Shown piece by piece: positions 55,111-64,000 of a DNA stretch of 64,000 bases. The notes below the pieces were generated by a model. That model was not told where the DNA came from, did no database searches, and worked only from the letters and a program-made list of their open reading frames with translations. The DNA comes from Octopus vulgaris (taxonomy: Eukaryota): the NCBI GenBank assembly GCA_951406725.2, contig OX597815.1, positions 200,880,001 through 200,944,000 on the forward strand. The letters are read 5' to 3'. The translations under genes were made by a program, and so were the position numbers. Positions within the stretch are counted from its first letter, which is position 1, and each line of letters starts with the position of its first letter.

Positions 55111-56408
55111 GTATATTAAATTAGAGATAAATCGACTATTAGGCAAATCAAACAGTAAAAAACATAAACCGAAACATAGAAATAAAATTAATTAATATAA
55201 TGTACAAAATATATAAAATATTAAATTCAAAATTTAAATTATTTAAAGTTAAAATTTAAAAACATTTAAATATATATATGTTATTATTATTTTAATTTTT
55301 ATTATTATTTTTATTTTAATTAAAATATTATACTAATAGTTTAAAAAAATATATATATAACTATCAAAAAGTATTTAAAAGTTTAATATAAGATGAAAAG
55401 TAAAACCACTATATATATAAGTGTAGGTAATTGTATATTTGTGTATGTATGTGTGTTTGTGACGCTGTAGAGGGTGGCAAATTGGGCACGTACGAATATA
55501 GCTCTATATCATCTGTGAAACAGGTGAAAACTTCCTGGGGATCCAATCTCAAGTACATTGCAATAATTCAGACGGATACCTTGCATTAGAACAGCTACCT
55601 GAAACTATATGGTATTCTCATCAGTGAAGATTGCAGGATCCTTCTGCTCGGCACCCTTCAACGTTCATGATTGACACGCATGTAAGACACATAATGTATC
55701 TCCATCACACCATATCGCACTGAAAAGAGAAAATTATTCAGGCTAACTAAATTTTTTATGCATAAACTTGCATGCATGCATCTATATACTCAAATATCAC
55801 TTAAAATGCGACTAATTTACTTAATGGACACGATAGATGCCTGGCCAGATTATTAGAATATTCTATCAATACACCACCAACAAATCTCATTTATTATATT
55901 TTTACTTCTCCCACTTCATTTAACCATCTCCATTTTTTCATCGATCATGTTTATTGATTTCCTACTCCTCTAAACCCCATCGCTTTTCTCACATACAGTT
56001 CATCACTCTCTGATGTAACAATAACTTATATTTGCAGCATCACACACAACGATGGACACTTTCTCAAAAAATATTGCTTGTTAATCAAATTTCAGAATAG
56101 GATTGACATAATAGGCATCTTCGAAATCATGGACAATGAACAGACAATTTTATGCGTTCATGATATTTTTCATCGAATATCTTCCTGACATTGTGCAATA
56201 TCATGTTATAATGTTTGTATTATACATTTTATATTATTCGTTACTCTCATTTGAATTGACGCTAGTACCTACTTTTTTGTTAAGCTTGTTGCTTATTCTA
56301 TCGGTCTCTGTTGCCGGGCCGTCAAGTTACAGAGACGTAAACAAACAATCAGTGTTTGCCAAGCAGTGGTGCGGACAATGACAGACACAAAGACACACAC
56401 ATGCACAA

Positions 56409-56468
<60 letters not shown>

Positions 56469-56479
56469 TATATATAAAT

Positions 56480-56676
56480 ATAAAGTTAATCCAAACATGA
56501 AAACACAACAACGCGAAGACGTGGAACAAGTATAGTATTAGTGGACGCTCAGGAAAGAAGGAAAGAAGAAGGGTTTAACGTTTCGAGCGGAGCTCTTCGT
56601 CAGAAACATATGAAAAGGAAAGATCCAAAGAAGGGAAGACAGAGGAAAAAAATCGCCAACGGTACACACGCGGTCA
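56480..56676 (-). mobile_element. ~200-bp HHR mini-element, copy 2
   Basis: Same boundaries as copy 1; HHR GTTT-CTGACGA-A-GAGC(TCC)GCTC-GAAAC-GTT-AAAC at 56573-56607. Confidence 0.78.
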
Positions 56677-56921
56677 TATATATATATATAATATATATAT
56701 ATATATGTATATGTTTATATATATGCATACATATATTTATATATACATATATATATACATATACATACACACACATATACATTAAATACAGGTTAAAATA
56801 GCCTTATTAATAAAAAATCCAATGAATTATTGCTTCATTGCTTGTTAGTTTTTCTCTTTTTTGTGCGAATAGCAATAATCATTAATAATAGGTTTAAGTA
56901 TAAATCTTGGTTTATAAATAT

Positions 56922-57343
56922 TCAAATAAATATTCAGAAAATATGGAAGTAGCATTAATACAATTTATTAACTGCAAAAAGTCAACATATTCTCTTCCAA
57001 ATCTTTCGATTTCGCCCAAAGATCAAATTCCAGTAATTAAATCAGTAGACTGGGCAACATTTCATCAGAGTAGTAGAAAAAGAGGTACCGATAGGCTATT
57101 AAATGTTATATTTCCAAATAATCTCAGCAGACTGTCGGAATATTTGGAAACATAACATCTAGTAATCTAACAGTAGATCTTTTTCTATTCCTGTGATGAG
57201 ATTTTGCCGAATGCAATGATTTAATTACTGGAATTTGATCTTTGGGCAAAATCGAAAGATTTGTAAGAGAATATGTTGAAATTTTGCAGTTAATAAATCG
57301 TATTTTTTTATGCTACATCCACATTTTCTGTACTTCAATTTGA
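56922..57343. repeat. ~420-bp imperfect foldback (MITE-like)
   Basis: Arms pair along their length, e.g. GCCCAAAGATCAAATTCCAGTAATTAAATCA/TGATTTAATTACTGGAATTTGATCTTTGGGC; centre near 57130. Confidence 0.85.
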
Positions 57344-57395
<52 letters not shown>

Positions 57396-57496
57396 ATGTG
57401 AGTGTGTGTGTGAATGTATAAGTAAGTAAATGTGTGTGTATTTATTTATTTTTATATTTATATTTATTTATAACTTAACCTTATGTACTTTCTAAA

Positions 57497-57620
57497 ATCT
57501 CTGAGGAGGCATAGAGAAACGCCCAAGTACCTCAATTTCATCTACTTATTACTTCAGTCTACTAAAGGAATAAAGGTAGAATGAGGTATGTTTGCCTCTT
57601 GGCTGAAACAGTTGTAAGAT
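57497..57620 (+). ncRNA. Type I hammerhead ribozyme with ~97-nt stem II domain
   Basis: ATCT-CTGAGGA-GGC...TACCTCA..TCTACT.TATT..AATA..GGTAGA.TGAGGTA...GCT-GAAAC(AGTT)GTA-AGAT. Confidence 0.75.
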
Positions 57621-57932
57621 ATTTTCTCAATTTATATTCCTGTATGTTATATTTTAATAATTGCTGGTATCTTTATATATTAATATATTTATATGTAAAG
57701 CATAATATATTATACATGTATGTATATACTTGTAATTGTCATTTTAGTAAGTAAATAAATAAGTTGACGTAATATAATGTCGAAAAGTTGATAAACCACC
57801 TATTGATCCCCTCCATTTTTTTTGGTCTCTCTCTCTCTTATTGCTCTCTCTCTCTCTCTCTCTTCTGTATTGACACACACATAGCCCAATGTCATAATTC
57901 AAACTAACGCGAAAATTTTGAAAAGTTCCCCA

Positions 57933-57972
<40 letters not shown>

Positions 57973-57977
57973 CAACG

Positions 57978-58009
<32 letters not shown>

Positions 58010-58328
58010 CCATGTAAATCCTATTGATACTGACTAGTGAAATTGCAGCTTCGTCACCTGCGATTGTGTAAGCATTACTAATGAGTATTATTTTTCATGT
58101 GGAACTGACATGTTAATCTAATGCCCTCGCTTGTTGTGGGGAGGTTGTCTCCCTTGTCAGCATATAAAACATGTGGTTTTGTAGCTAAAGAGTCTTTGGC
58201 TCCTATTTCTAGTGATGCTAGTGGTAGTTGGATCCGTGATCACGTATCAGTAACGGTGACTTATTTTCTTTTTGGTTTTCAATAGCGTGTAGCCACCAAA
58301 ATTGTTATTTTTGTTGTTGTTGTTGTTG

Positions 58329-58370
<42 letters not shown>

Positions 58371-58394
58371 TTATATATTTTTATTATTTTATTC

Positions 58395-59335
58395 TTTTAT
58401 CGGTTCCAGCTGAAAGCTGTGGTTATGCTGGAGTACCACCATCTTGCAGCACTGTTATTATTGAGAGCCTCCTCTGATATGTGACATTTGTTGAATAGGG
58501 GTGCTTTATGTTGCTGCCTTCATTTGCGCTTTCCACCACGAGGTACGTTCATCTGAGACTCTCGACAGGAAGAGATCCAGTATTGTATTGATAACACCTA
58601 CATCAATCCCTTCCAGTTTCTTGCAGGTGTATATTAATACATATCGCTCCCGCCTTCGCTCCAGGGAGCAGGGTCTTAGCTGCTTCAGCTTTTGCTTGTA
58701 GATCAGTTGTTGCAATGTGACGATCTTTTTGTAGTTTCACTCGATTGTTTCAAACTCCGCTATTAATTTTAAACTGTTGGGTAAACATAGTTGGGAGCAG
58801 TAGTCCTGGCGGCTGAGGACGAAGGTCCTCCAGATCACCATCATAGTTTCCTTCTCTCTGGTTCTGAAGTTTATTAGATCAAACCAGCCAGTTTTCTGCA
58901 TTTTGGAAAGAAATATCATCACTCATGTCAATGCCCAGGTGAAACACTGATTTACGTTCTAGGATTGTAATTTCCAACCCCGGGCCAGAGGAACCTGCAA
59001 GATTTTGTTTAGTTTTGGCTGCTGGTAGCACAGAGATTGGACTTTTCCAGCATTTACCTGCATAGTATTGTCCTCAGCTTATCTCTAAATTGCGTGCAAT
59101 TCTTGCTGCAGGTGTATAACTTCGCTAGTGTGCTGTATTTTCTGCGAGACTTTCGTATCGTCTTCGTCAGTAGCAAGGATGGCTATCGGGGCATCTGAGG
59201 GCATGACTGAAAGAGCCACTATGAAAAGCAGTGGTCCCAAGAGAGTTCCCTGTGGGACACCACTCACTATTTGTGTTACCTTTCAGGTAACTCCACTGGC
59301 CACCACTGCCTGTTTCTGTCTTCTATATAATAGAC
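58395..59335 (-). mobile_element. CR1-superfamily LINE RT and 3' fragment (degenerate)
   Basis: SGVPQGTLLGPLLF, DDTKV, FRTREKETM..WRTFVLSRQDYCSQL, SLERRRERY, LDLFLSRVSD. Confidence 0.85.
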
Positions 59336-59874
59336 TTCTTTCAGTTTTTCTTGGGCCCGATACACTTGCCCAAGGTGCCATGTAGTAGAGCTACGCCCCA
59401 GGCCATGTCTGCATCGATGTTTAGTCTTCCTAATTTATTTTAATAACGACAGGAATTTGGTAAATTCCTTAGCACGTCTTAGTGACATTTCTTCCGGCTT
59501 TACGTTTCGAGCTCAAGTATCAAGTCAGTTTACCCTTCGTTTTGTTTTTCCGAGCCAATAAAATACGTACCATTTGAAGAATGGGTTTGATATAATTCAC
59601 TAGTCTCTTTCACACATATTTCAGACCTTTTGCCTATAGTAGAAGGGATTATTATTATCAGAGCTATCAATTTTATATTGAAGTTTTCTTTTTGCCTTTA
59701 TTTTATTGTTACCTGCACTTCCAAGCAACGATAAACAACGTTTCCCAATATTATGTGGCTTGTAATGGAATGGTGCTGAACAAAATTCGTACCAAATATT
59801 AAATTGGTGCTTCATTAGCTTTTTGTGTTCTTCTTTGATTTATACACAAATACACACACTCACACATAGAGAGG

Positions 59875-60003
<129 letters not shown>

Positions 60004-60899
60004 TCATATGCATATACATGCATGTGCGCGCGTACAATTGTTGTATAAGCCTGTTTATGAATGTGTCTGTGTCTGCACATATGTGAGTGTGTATCACAAT
60101 ACCTTCCACTCGATAAATTATGACCCATCCAGAACAAGAACAAATTTACTTATCTTTAATACGTTCCTGAAAATGTATATAGGCAAATTTATCTAGATGA
60201 GAAAATAATTGATTAAAAGATATCGTTCTTTTTATAAAGTACAGAATTCTTCAAAGAAATACTGTCTCATGAATAGATACTTTCATGTAGTCTACAAATA
60301 TCGCCAATTCCCGCTTAATGTCGAATATGAATATTTTTACAACAGCTTCAAAGTAAATATGATGTTTTAGCTTAAGAGATTGTCTACATCCCTTTTGGCA
60401 TCTATCATCTTAATAAAAGCAATTAGTATTTAAATCGAAAGTAAATACTTGCCATTAATTTTTACAGATGTGTGTGTCGTTTGGGACCAACCTTATAAGA
60501 AAATATTACATAGGTGGCAGGCACATCATCTAGCAAAGGAAATTCATAATAATTAGGGTGGTGAATATTTATTGTTTCTTTGTTTTGGCTTATGTACTAT
60601 TAACAACAAACAGCTACAACTTTTGATAGACAAACATAGATACAAATTTACCTATTCTTATTTTATTAATATCTATGTGTTATAGTATCTTTTGATTTTG
60701 TATCCAATATGCGTGTTTAGCAGGATGCTGTTCAAAATGCATGATTGCATTCAGTATATCCTTTTTCAATAAGGCATTATATGCGATTTTACATTTCCCT
60801 CTTCCCGAGAAAAGCTAAAAATTCTCGTCAGTTTGCAAGAAAGGATTTGCCAATAATATCGTTCTCCTTATTGTAGACAATTTTTTAAATTTTATTTTT

Positions 60900-61365
60900 T
60901 ATTTTATCTAATTTCAGCCACGAGCTGTGGCCATGCTGGGACACCGCCATTTGGTGTTGCTACATGATTTTACTTCACGAATGCTTTTTAGCAATTGCCA
61001 TTTGGGGCATGAGAGAGTTCGATGCAGCTGCCCTCATCTGCACCTCCTGCCGTGAAGTTGGTACATCTGGGACACCTGAGAGGAAGAGATCCAGTTTTAT
61101 TTTAAAAACATCTGCATCCACCCCATGCAGGTTTCTCAGGTTCTTCGGGAGGATTTCGAAGAGCTGTGGGCCTCTGAAGCCCAGGCTATCACAGTATCTT
61201 GTCCTACATCTTGATGGCAAATTTGGAGCTCTTTGCACTATGCAGTGGCACCCAGTTCTAGTATTTGTGTAACCCTCGATGCCAAAGTTTGGGACAAGTC
61301 CTTCTATGATCTTCCAGATGTATATTATGGCATATCTTTCTCACCTACGCTCTAAGGAATAGGCA
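60900..61365 (-). mobile_element. CR1-superfamily LINE 3' end (same family as 58395)
   Basis: SLERR.ERY..IWKI..GPQLFEILPKNLRNL..FKIKLDLFLSGVPDVP..SNSL; tail GGCGGTGTCCCAGCATGGCCACAGC..GCTGAAA. Confidence 0.85.
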
Positions 61366-61734
61366 TTGTTTCTTTCTTTAAGCTAACTATATGCACACCC
61401 CATATCTGTCTAGTAAGTTCCTTAGACAGAACCACTATGTTTGTAAAGATATAAGCTGAAGCAACTTAGTCTTATTCAGCTAGATAGTAGAAACTATATG
61501 AAATGTTTATTGCAGATATGATGAAAAACACGTTATGATTGATATATTTTGATTTGATTACTGATGTCTCATAAGAATAAATATAACAATATCAAATACA
61601 TGATTTGAAAAGGGATATTTTAAACGATTCTGTATATATCGCTGGATGATTGGAACGTTCTAATTTTTCAAAAATTACCTTAATTTCAGAAGTCAGCATT
61701 CAATCTTGACATCATAATTTATCTCTAATTACAA

Positions 61735-61765
<31 letters not shown>

Positions 61766-62696
61766 ATTGCTTTCTTATAACAAGAAATACTATAATGTGG
61801 AGTTTTACATCAGTGTACACAATAATGGCACGCTAATTGAGATAATTTGTATCAGTCAGGGATTGCAGCTTACATACAACATTCATTCTATTTAGACCAA
61901 TAATAATAACTCTAAATATTTGTCCAAGTACAAGGGGTTTTTCAGAAATCTCTTTAACATCGAAAAGTAAAAGGAAACATTATTTAAATGGATATTTGAA
62001 TTTCCCTGTTCCCCATAACCCCCCTTTCTCTCTTTTTCTCTCTCTCAATCTATCTAGCTAATTCTCTTTCAGACCCTATCTCTCACACACACTCTCTATC
62101 TACCAATCTACCTAACGGCGCGCCTGTGTGCTTACAGATAGATATATTGTGAGATAGACAGATTCATTCGTACAATATTTAATACTTCTTCAAGATCCAT
62201 GGTCTCTCTGGAGATTTTAAGTTGTTTTTCCTTAACTATTTTCACTTTTCCATGTTTATCACCCGCGACGAAACGCTACAGTCTTCGAGAAGTGCACAAA
62301 TATATATCAAATTCCTCTTACCCTTCTAAAAGCTTCATCTAAGTAAATTTTGTCTACCAATTCTTCCCCATACTTTGCATACTCCTTCCAATAGCCCCAT
62401 AGGTTTTTAACGTATACGACATTTCACCAGTTTTATGTACGTAGATTTTTCCACCGCTTTTAATCAGTGTTTTCTCGTGTAATTACCTTTCCAGGATTTT
62501 CTCTCTATTTTTCGCCTGACTCGTTCTGCTCTCCCTGAACTCACACCTTTTCTCCCTTTTCTTTGGCTCATAACGTCTATCCATATAATAGTTTCTTAGC
62601 CCCCATTAATTTGCATACTATTTTTAATTCACACTCACAACAGCTTCCACCTACACCTTACACGCATTCCACACCTACGTATAATTATTACACAAA

Positions 62697-62924
62697 GGCG
62701 AGCTGGCAGAAACGTTAGCACGCCGGGCGAAATGCGTAGCCGTATTTCGTCTGCCGTTACGTTCTGGGTTCAAATTTCGCCGAGGTCGACTTTGCCTTTC
62801 ATCGTTTCGGGGTCGATAAATTAAGTACCAGTTACGCACTGGGGTCGATGTAATCGACTTAATCCATTTGTCTGTCCTTGTTTGTCCCCTCTATGTTTAG
62901 CCCCTTGTGGGTAGTAAAGAAATA
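62697..62924 (+). mobile_element. SINE family A
   Basis: 17-bp TSD TATAATTATTACACAAA. Confidence 0.9.
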
Positions 62925-64000
62925 TATAATTATTACACAAACACACTGCAGCCTATGCGACCATACTTCTGCTGCTGCACATTTCTGCACGCATATATGC
63001 TCTTCAAAAAACAACGCAAATCTATACCACCCAACTCTTTTGATTATCTCTAAACTTTGATAAACTGCTATACTTGCACATAACACACCACAGCTTCTCC
63101 CGTCAGAACTCCTCCATGTAACCCATTTCCACTTGGTTCATAACCCTTCACTCGTTCTAATCCCTAGATCACTTTGCTTGGTTTTTACTCACCTTCTGCA
63201 TTTCTATTAACTCCCTTCTGTTTAGCCGTTAAGCTAATACGAGAGTTTGCAACAAACTTTCTTCTCATGTATATTTTGTATATTCTTTTCTACTTTTCTT
63301 TTCTTCATTGTCCATTGCATTTAAAGTAATTATACCTATATACGTACAAATACACACACAAACATACGTTCACACACACACACAGACACCTATTTATTTA
63401 CATGTAGTATTACATTTACTGATTAGAAAAAATTATATAATAAATAACTTTTTCTTTCTCTCCATGGCTACAGATTGTTTCCAGGTGATTCTTTTTGAAG
63501 ATGGGCTCCAATTTGTTCAAGACATTTTACATAATTTTCCATTAAGAACTATTTAGTCTTTCCTTAATTATATTGAATCATATCTTTCAAACATAATATA
63601 TGCAATATATGCTATATATATATTTTAAATATCACATGTATGTATGTATGTATGTATGTATGTATGTATGTATGTATGTATGTATGTATGTATGTATGTA
63701 TGTATATGTATGTGTGTATATGTGTGTTTTTCTGTTGTGTGTAGGGTACGTGTGTATGTATATTGTTTGTTTGTAGTTGCATTGTTTTAGTTTAGACTTC
63801 AAGTTATGTGCATCGTCAAGAGCAGTATATTCTCATTAAAATCTTAGAAGTGTATTCATATAGAAGATAACAAGAAAATCAATAAACTCTTTTAATATAC
63901 AAAGTAATGAATTGTATCACGAAATATGAAACAGTATTCATAATTCATGAGAACGTTTGAAGTACGAGTTAATAAGTGTGTTTGCAGGTATGAAAATGTG

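Overview
AT-rich eukaryotic non-coding DNA, almost certainly from an Octopus genome (inferred from the SINE families and the very high density of (TA)n/(TATG)n/(CA)n/(ATT)n microsatellites). I can support no intact host protein-coding gene; nearly all ORFs in the track are microsatellite read-throughs or transposon pieces. Content: three abundant tRNA-derived SINE families (here A, B, C) plus a D-type head, many with readable TSDs; 3' fragments of CR1-superfamily and RTE-like LINEs; two Penelope-like element (PLE) fragments joined head-to-head (Naiad-like and Neptune-like); mariner/Tc1 relics; a non-autonomous Helitron; and several long palindromes. The main hidden signal is about 12 type-I hammerhead ribozyme (HHR) motifs from several unrelated non-coding repeats in 64 kb. 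They include minimal forms that would need to dimerise, forms with a long stem II, a ~200-bp fixed-boundary HHR mini-element, and a 566-bp terminally redundant HHR unit resembling a retrozyme. Two SINE/LINE partner pairs are also visible through shared 3' tails. All structures were read by eye; coordinates may be off by a few bases and no database search was run.
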